Shown: piece by piece, positions 47,764 to 60,850 of the stretch
How the letters are laid out: every line of letters begins with the position of its first letter
Numbering within the stretch: position 1 is the stretch's first letter
From: Felis catus
Taxonomy: Eukaryota
Reading direction: 5' to 3'
DNA: 64,000 nt
NCBI RefSeq assembly: GCF_018350175.1
Contig: NC_058373.1
Span: 111,850,001-111,914,000, forward strand
Made by a program: the position numbers and the translations under genes
Notes under the pieces: model-generated
What the model was told of the DNA's origin: nothing
The model's database searches: none
Seen by the model: the letters and a program-made list of their open reading frames with translations, nothing else

Positions 47764-49342
47764 TAAGTTTGTGTTTTTGTTTGTTTGTTTATTTATCATC
47801 CAAGTTAGTTAGCACATGGTGCAACAATGATTTCTGGAGTAGATCCCTTAAGCCCCTTACCCATTTAGCCCATCCCCTCCTCCCTCAACCCCTCCAGCAA
47901 CCCTCTGCTTGTTCTCTATATTTAAGAGTCTCTTATGTTTTGCCTTCCTCCTTTTTGTATATTATTTTTGCTTCTCTTCCCTTGTGTTCATCTGTTTTGT
48001 ATTTTAAATCCCTCATGAGTGAAGTCATATGCTATTTGTCTTTCTCTAATTTTGCTCTGCATAATACCCTCTAGTTCCATCCACATAGTTGCAGATGGCA
48101 AGATTTCATTCTTTTTGATTGCTGAGTAATTCTCCATTGCATATATATACCACATCTTTATCCACTCATCCATTAATGGACATGTGGGATCTTTCCGTAC
48201 TTTGGGTATTGTCAATATTGTTATAAACATTGGGGTGCATGTGCTCTTTCAAAACAGCACACCTGTATCCCTTGGATAAATACCTGGTAGTGGAATTGCT
48301 GGGTTGTAGGATAGTTCTATTTTTAATTTTTTGAGGAACCTCCATACTGTTTTCCAGAGTGGCTGCACCAGTTTGCATTCCCACCAGTAGTGCAAAAGAG
48401 ATCCTCTTTCTCCGCATCCTCACCAACATCTGTTGTTGCCTGAGTTGTTGATGTTAGCCATTGTGACAGGTGTGAGGTAGTATCTCATTGTGGTTTTGAT
48501 TTGTATTTCCCTGATGATGAGTGATATTGAGCATTTTTTCATGTGTCGGTTGGCCATCTGGATGTCTTTGGAGAAGTATATATATTCATGTCTTTTGCCC
48601 ATTTCTTCACTGGATTATTTGTTTTTTGGGTGTTGAGTTTGTCAGTTCTTTATAGATTTTGGATACTAGTCCTTTATTCCTTTATCTGATATGTTGTTTT
48701 CAAGTATCCTCTCCCATTCCACTGGTTGCCTTTTTGTTTTGCCAATTGTTTCCTTCACTGTGCAGAAGATTTTTCTTTTGATAAGGTCCCAGTAGATCAT
48801 TTTTGCTTTTGTGCCCCTTGCCTCCGGAGACGTGTTGAGTAAGAAGTTTCTGTGGCCGAGGTCAAAGAGGTTTTTGCTTGCTTTCTCCTCGAGGATTTTG
48901 ATGGCTTTCTGTCTTATGTTTACTTTCATCCATTTTGAGTTTATTTTTGTGTGTAGTGTAATAAAGTGTTCCAGGTTCATTTTTCTGCATGTCGCTGTCC
49001 TGTTTTCCCAGCACCACTTGCTGAAAAGACTGTCTTTATTCCATTAGATATTTCTTCCTGTTTTGTCAAAGATTAGTTGGTCGTACATTTGTGGGCCCAT
49101 TTCTGGGTTCTCTATTCTGTTTCATAGATCTGAGCGTCTGTTTCTGTGTCAGTACCATACTGTCTTGATGATTACAGCTTTGTAATACAGCTTGAAGTCC
49201 GGGATTGTGATGCCTCTGGCTTTGGTTTTCTTTTTCAAGATTGCTTTGACTATTTGGGATCTTTTTCTGATTCCATACAAATTTTAGGGTTGTTTTTTCT
49301 AGCTCTGTGAAAAATGCTGGTGTTATTTTGATAGGGATTGCC
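47764..49342 (-). mobile_element. 5'-truncated carnivore L1 (ORF2 C-terminal part and 3' UTR)
   Basis: ORF-track remnants ([59 protein letters not shown]). Confidence 0.95.
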
Positions 49343-49343
49343 G

Positions 49344-49540
49344 TTTATTTATTTATTTATTTTGAGAGAGAGTGTGAGCAAGCATGAGCAGTGGAGGGGC
49401 AAAGACAGAGGGAGAGAGAGAATCCCAAGCAGGCCCCCAGCATGTGGCCCAACTTGGGGCTTGAGTCCACCGCAGTGAGATCATGACTTGAGTCAAAATC
49501 AAGAGTCTGTCTACTAACTGACTGAGCCACACAGGCACTC
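49344..49540 (-). mobile_element. Can-SINE abutting the L1 5' end
   Basis: (TTTA)n tail at 49344-49362, head ..GAGCCACACAGGCACTC. Confidence 0.9.
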
Positions 49541-49745
49541 ATTTGGCTTTCATTTCTTTGCTGCAATATCTTGCTTAGGACAAATGAATTAAAGAATTTC
49601 ACACATGGGGCAAATCTGTAGCCTGACTTGCAAATCCTTTTTTCCTCCAATCAAACCACTTGTTCCTTTGGTGCTAACATTCACTAAGTTTTCAAGAAGC
49701 CATTTTCTATGGAGAATACATCTTCTTCGTGCCTCATTCCATTAG

Positions 49746-49748
<3 letters not shown>

Positions 49749-49813
<65 letters not shown>

Positions 49814-49815
49814 AC
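49749..49815. repeat. (CT)n(CA)n compound microsatellite
   Basis: Direct reading. Confidence 0.95.
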
Positions 49816-51439
49816 TTTGTTCTTACAAAGTTCATTATTGAAAAATAACCTAGTAATACCATTAACTCAGACATCTGTACTTTCACCCCAAAGCACAACA
49901 AACCTCCCACTCAGTATAATTTGTCTGTACACATTTCTTCTAACCTTCAACCATGTTTTCTATGCATCTTTAAATACTATTTGCTGATCAAGGAATCCAT
50001 TCTAGTTTGTGACCATATTCTTTTCCACATCTGTTTCAGCCATTTTTACCATAGAAGGAAGAACACAGAAAAAATATGCATGATCTTTTGCTTCTTCTAA
50101 GAAATCCTTAAAGATGCTTCTTAATTGTTGTACACTGACATTTAAAAAAAATAGTGGATTGGGCGACACCCAACCTAAAATAATGCCAACGCTATTTTAG
50201 AAGTTTGTGTCTTCATTCTGAATGCTTACTTTTTGGACATTCTGCTACTCATGGTGACTTCCTACTCACATGCAGCCTAACATTTGAGGCAGATTAATGA
50301 CAGTGGATGTAAACATGTATTTCAAAGAATCATCGTTTCCATGTTTTTCATTTGGCTGACGTCTTGTCAGAAGTGATCAGATCACCACTGCTGCACCTCA
50401 CAGCATGGCTGACCCAGAGCCCATTTACGTGCTGGGCTCATGGTCAGCTGGGCCATTTCCACATTGTCTGTCCGCATAAATCTTCCAACTGCTATTTCTT
50501 GGCAGGAAACTTTTAAAGCCAAGTGTTCATTTTCTGAGAGTTAGTTTAGTTAAAATCGGGTACTGTATTCCATCAATGTCCCAACAGGGCATATTTCACA
50601 CTACACTGAAGTGAAAGATGCCACGTGTAGAGCCCCAATTTATGTCAGCACAAGGTCCATAGGTGACAACCGTGTACACCTTGGCGAACTGTTTATAAAA
50701 TTCACAGCAGCACGCTTCAGTTCTGCTTCCAAAGCAGAGGTGGGTATATGTAGAATGGATCTGCCTGGAAATAGGAGGAGAAGGGCAAGTGATGGTCACT
50801 TGGGATGGTTGAAGCCGATGGGGAAAACATCCTCATCACAGACTCGCCTTCCTGACCCCCGGTATAACCCTTCAGTTTGGCCCTGGGAGATCTGGCTTTG
50901 TAGATAGGAGCTCATTTCTTGCCTGTCCAGGTATAATATGGATGTAACCCACAGCTGTCTTGTCCTCTCTTTGGCAAACACTCCTATCTCCCCACACACG
51001 CTCTTAAACTCTTCCACAGTTCAATACTCTTTTCTTGTAAACAAGACTTGGAGAGAATATTTTTTTTTCTCTTGCCCAAAAGCAGATTCAACCTACTCCA
51101 TCGAGGTGGTAGAGGGCTTTCCCCCTCGCTACAAAAGCAATAAAGCTGACTTTGCTGTCGTTAAGTTTTATAAGGTAGTGCTGACCCTATCACGGACTGT
51201 TCTCCTCCAGACTGCTTTACTCATTAACCACAGCTGAGTGTTAACCTTTCCAGACATAAATAATACAGCAGCACCTTGGCCTGAATGGAAGAGGGAATGG
51301 CTAAGCCTTTAATTTGTCTTTTCCCTTGGATACTTGCAAACTTCTTTTTCTTCTTGTGTTTGACAAAATGTCAAAACCGTATTTCTCTTTGTGTTAAGAA
51401 ATTCTTCATCCAGCCCTGAACCTGTGCTCTCTGCCATTT

Positions 51440-51825
51440 AACTTTGCAACATGTGTGGTGGGAGGGTGACTCAGCCATGTGACGTGCTTTGGCCAGAGAG
51501 ATATTAGCAGACGCGACCAACAGGCAGCAAATGGGTGTGGGCACTGGAGCTTGCTCCCCTGTGCCTCCACAATCACCAGAATGACAAGCTGTGCTAGCCC
51601 ACTGGTCCCAGGATGAGGCTGAGGTTCATATGGAACAGAGTACTTCAGTCACTCCAGTTACCACAAACTCATCCAGATTAGCTGACAACTGCTGAGTCTC
51701 AGACAGGGAAGTCCAGCCAATATCAGTGAGTGAAGCCACCTCGCTGACCCCAAGTTGATTCCAGAAGTGAGAGCATAAACACTGGTGAATGCGCCTGGGA
51801 TTCCGTGGTTCTTGGGTCTGCCCTT
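51440..51825 (+). mobile_element. MLT1G/H-like LTR
   Basis: GACTCAGCCATGTGACGTGCTTTGGCCAG..GATATTAGCAGAC..GCTAGCCCACTGGTCCCAGG. Confidence 0.55.
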
Positions 51826-51829
51826 CTGT

Positions 51830-53570
51830 CTAAAGCCTGCCCCACCCCTGCACTCTGGACCCAGGCAAGCCCTCTTGTCAGGGACCCCTCTCTAATCATC
51901 ACCCTGACTCCTACTTCCTGAGCCCCTTCTTCCTTATTGGCTCTTTTCTCATCAGCACTGGAATCATCTCGTCTCTCCTATCATTTGCTCCTTGGGTCTT
52001 ATCACCCTCCTCCACTTACCACCTCATCTGCCCTTCCCTTTACAGGTAGAATATTGAAGGAGAAAGTTAGCCCTGCCCCCAGGTTCCACTTCCCACCATC
52101 CATTCACTCTGCAATTGCTCTCCTGTCACATTACCAAAACTGCTCCTGCCCAGGCCACTGGAGATCTGCTAGTTACGGAATCATGGACACTTGCCCTCCT
52201 TCACCCTTTTTCTCCCCCCTCTCTCCCCCTTCTCCTCTTCCCCCGTCACATATTCACTCTGGCATCATATTTTCCTGGTCTCCTACTTCTCTGCTGATCC
52301 TCCGGTTGCCTCATGATCCTTAGGCTGGTTCCCTCAGGGTCTGTCCTCAGATCCCCCTCTTTACTCTCTCCCTGGGATAATCTCATCCCATTCCCATTGT
52401 CTCTGTTACCAACCATAGGCTGGGGACTCCCACATTTCTAAGTCCTGCCAGTTCCCTGTACCAAGCTTGAGAAATGTATGTGTAAGAGTCTGTTGGAGAG
52501 CCCAGAGACAAATGTGAGATCTCTACAATTTAACGCGGTGTCCCCTTTAGACCCCCTCTTTCCCCAGTGTCTGCCATGTAAGTGAACACTACATCTCTTC
52601 CAGACAGTAACACAAGCTTTATTTAGCCCTAGCTTCTCTCCTGCTTCCTTTTCCCACATTCAACTCATTCTCAAGTCCTGCTAATTCTACCCTCCTAACA
52701 CATCGTCAGTCGTTCACTGCTCTCTATCTCAACGTCAGCTACCTTAGCTCAAGCCACTTTTATCTTTTGACTTGATTGCCTTTCCAGGCTCCTAACTTGC
52801 CTCCCATCCTCACCTTTCCTGGCTCTAAGCCATTTCCCATACTGCTACTAACACCATCCTCCTAAAATGAAAATTTGATCACCTCATTCCTCTGCTTAGA
52901 AGCTTTCAATGATTTTCCACTGCTGGGAATCACCAAAGTCTCTTTGTGGTCTGGATCCTTGCTTACCTCTCCAGTGTAACCTCTTGACATTCCCTTCCTA
53001 AAACTAGTGGAAGCCATAAAGAGCTACTTGCAGGGGCACCTGGGTAAACTCAGTTGGTTAAGTGTCCAACTCTTGATTTTGGCTCAGGTCATGATCTCAT
53101 GTTCATGGGATTGAGCCCCACATCAGGCTCTGCACTGACAGCACAGAACCTGCTTGGGATTCTCTCTCTCCCTCTCTCTCTGTCCCTCTCTCGCTTGAGC
53201 TCTCTCTCAAAATAAATAGAGAAACATTAAAAAAAAAAAAGAACTACTTGAAGTTGCTCAAGGACACCCTGTTTTCTCCCCCTTGCAGCTTTTGTACCTC
53301 CAGCTCTGCCTGCTTGGAATAACCCACAGCACAGACTTGCACTGGCAGGTCAGGTATGAAGCATCCCTGTATCCCCCACATGTATTGGCACATCACCCCC
53401 ACCCAGTCTACTACTTACACTCTCCCCTTTCACTCAGTGGCCTCCTTCCTTGTCCATCAACTGTGTGCAAGTCCTTGAAGCAGGGATTGTGTCTTGTTCA
53501 TCCCTGCATCCTCAGAACCCACCACATCTGGGAACATAGTAGGTGGTCAATCAACGTCGGTTGACTGATT
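51830..53570 (+). mobile_element. Long degenerate L2 with nested SINE
   Basis: Pyrimidine-rich L2 body (CCCTCAGGGTCTGTCCTCAG, CAAGTCCTGCTAATTCTACC, AAAATTTGATCACCTCATTCCTCTGCTTA) ending ACATAGTAGGTGGTCAAT. Confidence 0.75.
53033..53238 (+). mobile_element. Can-SINE (older type)
   Basis: TSD AAAGAGCTACTTGCA / AAAGAACTACTTGAA. Confidence 0.93.
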
Positions 53571-55989
53571 TGACTGAGAAAATAAATTAATTAATACACA
53601 CATGAACCACAGACCTCTCAACTGAACGCTTTTCTACCTTGTATACTGTAGAGGGAAAACCTTTTGATTCCTCAAAGATTTCCTCTTCTCACCTATCATC
53701 TACAAATGGGTTCTGTCCTTATTCTATTGGTGGTATCTTTAGGTCCTATAAAAATGTCTACAATTCTTTTATGAGCTATCTCAGAGCAATACACTTCTTA
53801 AGCTTCCCTTGTCTCTAATGGTTGCCATATGGGGACGTGATACACTAATGTTTGCTTCAATAAGCTGAAGTTATTGTTAAAACAAACTGAACCGCCTTCA
53901 GCTCACCTCCCATTCTAAAGGGCCCACTAAAATTGATTCTGTGAAATAGGCTTTTAAAAAATATCCTCCTTAAGGACAAAATATAAACAGGGGAGGGCTG
54001 TTAGCTCAGAAAACACAAGTCTATTTGGAGACCACGTTTGTTTCACTTGACCACACAGGAGGTGATAACATCACTGTCATAAAGCGGTCTAAACCTGTTT
54101 TCATCCACACTAATGGACCCAGAGTTCTCAAAGATTCTGAGAACAAAATGATGCCAGATTCAGCTTTGAATGACTTGGGGAGTGACCCAGCTATGACATG
54201 CCCACAATTCATGTGTCTGTGTGATGATGGGGACAGTGCACACAAGGACTATAGCACAAAATTTCTTGTTCATTTGTACCATAAGTTCTCCATACTGATA
54301 AACCAGAGTACCACAATTCTGTGTCTAAAAGCTTTTCTTAGGATGGCATGAAACCTATGGATTATGCCAATTTATACACAAACACACACACATATATTTT
54401 ATAATATTTGTCATGTAAGCCTTCTGTTTACTATCTTCTAAGACTAAGAATAGTAAATAGCTCCAGACTGACTATTTTCTTGCAATTGACCCATTTGGAG
54501 TCATATTGTGAATTGAGGGTTCTAGAATCACCATCAGGGAAGCACTTCAGGACTGGAACTCAGCTTCAATACAGAGAAGAAAGTTTTGACTCTCTAGCTC
54601 CTGTTGGTAGAAAGCCTTGGCAGTGGTCATTTGGCTGCGTGGTTACCTTGAACTCTGATTGTTTGTGTCCACTTCCAGGGTGAAATGTATCCTCAGAGGC
54701 CTGAAAACATACCCCAGACAGGAAACACAGATGGACGGGCCAAGGAAATGCATCAAATAGACCTGGAAAGGCAGTGGAGGTTCAGAGCGAACACAGCCCC
54801 AGGCAAGGTACTGGGAGAACCCAGTATATTATAAACATATAATATAATGTTGTCATGATCTATGCCAGACCTTTTGTTTTTGGACTGAGGAAGTAGAGTT
54901 CAGTGTCTGCAAAGTTCTGAATGAATGTTTTCTCTCCAGCCATACAAGTTGTAGGAATGGAGAGAATGACCTCCAACGACTTCAGAAGGTAGTGGAGTGT
55001 CCAAACTCTCATTACTATATACTGCTATAAGTTAAAAAAATGTATATTTATTTATTAATAGATTGCAAGCATGTACTACCATACTAACATAATGTGCACG
55101 TGATAAAGCATATACAAAAAAAAAAAAAAAAAGGAAACTAAGCAATGTCTGAGATAAATGTACAGGGCTTCTAACACTTTCTTCCCACATGATACAAGAT
55201 TGCCGTTCATGTCTCCTGTTGTGATGAGGGCCATCTCTGCTAATGGTGAAGAGCTTTAGCTACTCACATGCCAGCCTACAGAGAACAAAAGGAAGATCAA
55301 GTGAGTGAGAAGTTGGAGAATTCTTCAGAGAGGGGATTATACGTGGAGATGTGGACTTCCATTTCTGGAGATGTACTGGACCAGAAATCCTGATAACCTT
55401 TCCACTCCAAACTAAACAAGCAAACAACAATTTTTTAAATTGAATAATTTAAATAATTATTTATGAATAATATGTTTTAAAAATTCAGAACCCTTGGGGC
55501 AGTGGAGAAAGACTCAGGATATAAAAATAAAGTGGCCATGGAAGACAGCAACTGTCCTTAAGGGTTTCTCAGACCCCTTCATCTATTTCAGTGCCTTGGG
55601 TTTCGTGGCCATGCTGTGGGAGGCGGGCAGTTGGAATGGCAGGGGTTCCACACACACTACTCCCTCAGTGGAAGGAAAGAAAATTCTGCTTCACAAGGAC
55701 ACAAACGAGGAAACTTGTCTCAGCCTGCCTTGGCCCTTGGAAAAAGAAAAATCTCTCTCAAGTAAGTATCCCAACCACAGAACTGTTTCCAGGCAGGTCT
55801 GGGGCTTGAATTTGCACTATCTCTGTATACGAAAAAGCATGGAGATTAATTACCAGGAAATTAGTTCAGCCCGATGTTGAAAGCACCCTGGCAGATGGCA
55901 GCAGCATAAATGCAAATTCTTTCTGGAAGAACAGAACTTTATCAGCCCCAGTCTCCTGGGGTTCCCATCGATACAGGCCTGAGAAACGG

Positions 55990-56440
55990 GCATGCAGAGG
56001 AGAGAGAAGGTCAACCACAGAGTCAAGCAGAGTTTCCCAAAAGAGATGGTATAGAAAATAGGAAGAAGCAGTATTAGAAGAGTAGAGGCTGAGGACTTTC
56101 CAGGTTGGAATCACAATAAATCCCAAGCAGGATAACAAAGAAAAAAAATCCACACTTTGACACACTTTTGTAAAATTGCCTTCACCCCGAAGGCAAAGAA
56201 CAGATCTTAAAAACAGCCAGAGAGGGAACTTGGATCATAGGAACGGCAACTGACAGCCACAAGCCTCTCCAACAGCAACACAGAAGCCAAAAGTAGAGGA
56301 AACCCAGCTCCAAAAGGCTGAGAATCAAAAATGGTATACCCTGTGAACATGTCTTTCACGACAATACAGAGAAAGAAAAAACATTTTCCAGACAGATGTC
56401 AAGAGAATTCGCCACCATGAGAACCTTCCTTCAATAACCT
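55990..56440 (+). mobile_element. Ancient L1 ORF1 or HAL1-like fragment
   Basis: AATCCCAAGCAGGATAA..AAATCCACAC..GATCTTAAAAACAGCCAGAGAG..TCTCCAACAGCAACACAGAAGCC..AAAAACATTTTCCAGAC. Confidence 0.6.
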
Positions 56441-57669
56441 CTAACCTTTGAGCGATCCCTCTCATTCTGAGAACAGTTCTCACAGTGCTGATCCAGAGAC
56501 TGGCAGGAGTCGTTTCTACAGGAGAAGATGGTCGCCTCCCTTCTGTCCCTCTCGCACTTCCTGTCTCGGTCCCCTGTGCCCAGAGCTACCTGAAAGGGCT
56601 GGGTGTATTTCTTCTCTCCCTTCTCTTATCACATTGTTGACACGACATTAAGGAGCCCCCTGAAGGATTGTTCTTTTCCTTTCCTGAATGGGCTGTCTGC
56701 ACCAGATGTTAGAAATCAGATTCCATCCAGAAATCTCCGAAAAGAGGCCCTTTCTGGGCTCCCCCACAAGGCAAGGCCAGAAAGGCCTACGGGGTTCACA
56801 CAAGAAAGAGAAGGCTAACAAGCTTTGTTTTCCAGTCGGCCTGATATTCATCCCCATTGGCAGTGGTTCAGTGTGCTCGTCACCAACGTGTCTGGGTGAC
56901 GCTAACAGCACCGTCAGGTGAAGTGAGAGGGGCACAGTGAAGAAAACACCAGGAGGCATAATTAGAACGAAGCGCTAATAACTCTGTCCATCAAAAAGCC
57001 CCCTTTCCTTGTGACTCTGGGCGCAGTTCATTAAGCAGCGCTGCCAGCTGGAAAGGAACAGGCAAACATGTGCCAGGGTGAGCCTGTCCTTGTCCTCGAG
57101 GCTGAGAGCACCTCCTTGCAGCCCAGCTGCCTAGAGAGCTCGTGGACACAATGTGCAGCTCGAAGCGACTCATGATGTCGGAGCTTGGGACCAGTCCTTA
57201 GCACCCCACCATGGGGTGACTCTTCTGAAGTGAATTCGCTCCAGGATGGAGCCCTGCAGGGCATCAGTAGCCTGCAGAGGTAAGATCGGCTTTTCTCAGG
57301 GAGCCTGAGCATCCAGTACGGCAACACGCATCACAGGACAGAGGTTCATGCATAAAAGGTTCAGGCAAACTACAAGTGTCTGACTAATTTTATGGTTTCC
57401 AAATAACACAGCCATTCCGCCATCCTTCACAGGGAAGAAAAACTCAGGCATGATTCCTGCCTCATTTGCTTCTTGGAACAAACTTGCTAAGACGGAGATT
57501 ATTGGCATTCTTACTTTACAGATGGAAGGTGCTGAAGGGGATAGTGAAGGGGTCAATGCCCTGTGGCTGGTAAGCTCAGAGCCCTAGTCCTTTCTATGCA
57601 AAGACAGAGCTTAGTCCCACAAAGATGGTAGCTCCTAGCCTGAGAGGTTATGCAAGTACATAAAAAAAA

Positions 57670-57880
57670 TCCTATTAGTATTTATGGAGCTCTTCCTTTG
57701 TGCTAGGAACACACACAGGGTTTTACATGTGTTAATTCTTTTAATCCTCACAGCCTCCTAGGAAGTAAGCACTATTTTTATTCCTATTTTACAAAATTGG
57801 AAAACTAAGGCCCTGAGATGTTAAGTTTCTTGCCCAAGGTCATAGAGCTAGTTACCCCTCCAGAGCCTTTGTTCTTCATC
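57670..57880 (-). mobile_element. MIR
   Basis: TTTAATCCTCACAGCC..TATTTTACAAAATTGGAAAACTAAGGCCCTGAGATGTTAAG..TTGCCCAAGGTCATAGAGCTAG. Confidence 0.8.
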
Positions 57881-58007
57881 CCTCTTGTGAGTGTCACATT
57901 CTTTCATCCCTCCTTCCTTTTTCCTCCAGCTCTCTTCTTCCTCTTCTGTCCCTAAATAAGATTCTGGTAGGTACTGAAATGATAAACCAATATAAAGAAA
58001 ATTTTCA

Positions 58008-58188
58008 GGGAGCCCGGGTGGCTCAGTAGGTTAAGCGTCCAACTCTTGATTTCAGCTCAGTCATGATCACATGGTTCATGAGATTGAGCCCTGTATCGAG
58101 TCTGCTTGGGATTCTCTCTCTCTCTTTCTCTCTTTGCCCCTCTCCTGCTTGTGCGCACATGCTCTGTTTCTCTTTCTCTCTCAAAAAA
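58008..58188 (+). mobile_element. Can-SINE (older type, internally deleted)
   Basis: GGGAGCCCGGGTGGCTCAG..CTCTTGATTTCAGCTCAG..CT tract. Confidence 0.88.
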
Positions 58189-58949
58189 GGAAATGTTTGT
58201 TCATTGTTTTTTCTTTCATCACCAGTGCTGTCACCTACTAAGTTCTCAACCTGGATGGCATCTTTGGCCGTTTTTTTCTGAGGAGGGAAGGATCAGCATT
58301 AAGTGACTTAAACTCAGTCACTCTTGAAGGCACCACGAGCATGAGACCTAACAGGTACTTTGTGACTGTGAATGAAAAGAAGCCTGACTGGCAAGGACTT
58401 AACCCAGGTCTTGGCAGTGTTAGCCGGGACTGGAACTAATGATCCACAACTCGATCTCTGTGACCTAACCCAGGGCTGGTATCCACAATACACCCAGGTG
58501 CAGAGCACCCGCTGGCTGCCCGCAGCCTGGACCAGGTTCTGTCCTGGCAAGGCTAGCAGAACAAGCCTGCTTGTGCTCTCCTCACCGCACCTCCCCAAAA
58601 AGCAGGTGTACAAGTTGGCTGGCCATCAGAGGAGGTGACTGCCCCCCTGGTGTCACATGTAAGGTTTATTAAACTGCAGAGCATCAGAGCTTCATTTGTG
58701 ACTGGCCAATCCTCAGCAGCCTGCCTTTGTCATCTGTTGTCACTGACTGTGTTTCACTGTCACAGCTTTATTAGGATGTGGTGACACCTTGCCATTGCTC
58801 CTTTGTTTGGGCCCATTGACTGGACCATATGTCTGAGGAGTCTCTGCCAATAGATCTATCGTATATTAATTGGCTCTGCTTTGGATTCTGCAAACGTTGC
58901 CAGGCTAGTCATGGGTAGAAAAGGTGTCTTCAGGGGCAAAGATATAGAG

Positions 58950-59135
58950 GAATGGATAGGCCCAAGTTTTTTGGCCCTGAAGTTTATATAATTGTGAGGA
59001 CCCTCTTTAAGAAAAAGAACACATTATGAATATGAAATTTTGGGGCCCTTGCAAGGCCCTTGGAGGGACCTATGTGAGTGGGATGGGTGTGCTGATAATT
59101 AAACTTCATTAGCTTCACGGTAAGAGTATCTCTTG
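58950..59135 (-). mobile_element. hAT-Tip100 MITE (Zaphod/MER115-like)
   Basis: CCTGAAGTTTATATAATT..CCCTCTTTAAGAAAAAGAA..CTTCATTAGCTTCACGGTAA. Confidence 0.6.
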
Positions 59136-59547
59136 TGTCAGGTGATCCACAGATGGATGGAAGCAAGCCTGCCACATCTGTGGTTGCCATTGGGGTAGAC
59201 CTCTGCCGTGGCTTGCTTGAGGGTCTATCTATGGAAATCAGTCTTCCTGTTTAGCACTTAGCAAAGGAGGAGAACACAGGAGAAAGAAGAAGATTCAGTT
59301 CCCAACACAACTTCAAGAAAGAAGAAAGTCAATTGCTCCACCTAACAGAGCACAAGCCACAGAGAGAGTAGAGAAAACAGAAGTGTCCAGAGAGTGAAAC
59401 AATCTCTCACTGGGCCCCTAAAACTCATCAAGAAATGAATCAACACTATTTTGGAAGGAGGAAGAGGGGCTGAAGTAAAGAACTAAAATATTGTTCACTC
59501 ATCCCACTAACTAGTCTAACTGTTGTCAGTAGGTAGAGTCATCTCTA

Positions 59548-59935
59548 TGTTGGCTATTTGCTATTTGTTCCCCATCTGCTGCCCCCTTATATTGCTTTCA
59601 TTCACTGTCTGCTCATCTCTACTTTGCTGTTAGCCCAAAAAGCTACCAGTATGGGTTGCATCGCCCAGGCTCCCTGGCCCTCTGGCCTACAGTTGGTCTT
59701 GGCCATTTGGAAGCACCAGCAGGAGACCAGAGGTGAGAGGACAGAGAGACTGGGGTATTTCTTTCCTGTTTCTCCCTGCTTCAGTGTCCTAGTTCTGGCA
59801 GGGGCTGAGCCATTATGCCTCCATAATTACAGTTCTCATGGGCTCTGGTCACAGGCCTAGAGGCAACAACGACTTCCCACTGTTAGTGTCTAGGTGCCTC
59901 AACATACAAAGGACTGTCAGCTTGTCCAACTGAGG
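59548..59935 (+). mobile_element. LTR33-like ERVL LTR
   Basis: GGCTCCCTGGCCCTCTGGCCTACAGTTGGTCTTGGCCATTTGGAAGCACCAGCAGGAGA..GGGGTATTT. Confidence 0.7.
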
Positions 59936-60609
59936 CCTCTTATGACTTTCTTTCATAGAATGAGAAGGAGGAGGAAAGAGAGAGGGACACACAGAAACAG
60001 GGTAACAGGCAGAGAGTAAGATAAATAAAGAGAGAAACATACCTGAAATGATTAAGTGAGAACTCTTTTTATTTGCTAAAGTCAGCTTGGCCATTCCCAG
60101 TCAGCATTTCTGAAGGATCTTTGAAATAGAACCTAATGTAAAATGTTGATGATTTGTAAAAGCTGCAGGGATTCTTATGTGGAAATAAAGGGGAAGAAGA
60201 TCACACTTGGTCTTGAAAGGAGATCTGTTGTTTTGAAGTTGGAAGTTGCGCTAAGGGTGGCCTTTTGGCAGAAACATTTCTCTCAAGTCTTTAGAAAGTG
60301 ATGAAGGGTAAATAATAAAGATTCCATCTTCCTTTGGCTGCTGGTGGGTCAGAACCGTTTGGGCTAGAAGAGCCTGCTGGAGAGCTGAGATCTTAGCCAC
60401 TGTAACCTCAATTAGTCATGGAGCTTGAACAAATTCCTAAACTCCAGTGACTCCATTTCCTTTCCTGTGAGATGGGATTGATGATGCCTATTACTTCCCC
60501 AGTGATGCTTCATGAATGGAAGCTCGCATAAATATCACACTGTACAAGTGCAAAGAGGACTAGTTCTTTTAGTAAATTGATGATACTTGGTCCAAAAACA
60601 GAGATTATT

Positions 60610-60850
60610 TTAAGTGTTACAACCATACAGGTTTTCCATGTTGGAGATTATAGCAATGAGAGTCCTAGCAAGAAACAAAATACAATGAGGACACTCATTG
60701 AACAAAAAGCCTTCTTACAAAGGTGTGGTCAGGGAAACAGCAAGGCATGTTGAAGCACCCAGAGACTACAAAGAGTGGGAAGCCATTACTACCTCTAGGC
60801 TTCTGACCAGAACCCAGTGAGAGCTAAAGCCATGGAGGTAGGGTCACTCA
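60610..60850 (-). mobile_element. ERVL LTR fragment (LTR33/41-like)
   Basis: GAAGCACCCAGAGACTAC..GGGAAGCCATTACTACCTCTAGGC..CCAGAACCCAG. Confidence 0.45.

Noticed and set aside
54025..54351. 108-aa ORF in non-repeat DNA
   Set aside because: TTG start, no recognisable homology, no supporting splice sites
58637..58656. CTCF-like GACTGCCCCCCTGGTGTCAC
   Set aside because: An extra C in the run breaks the core spacing
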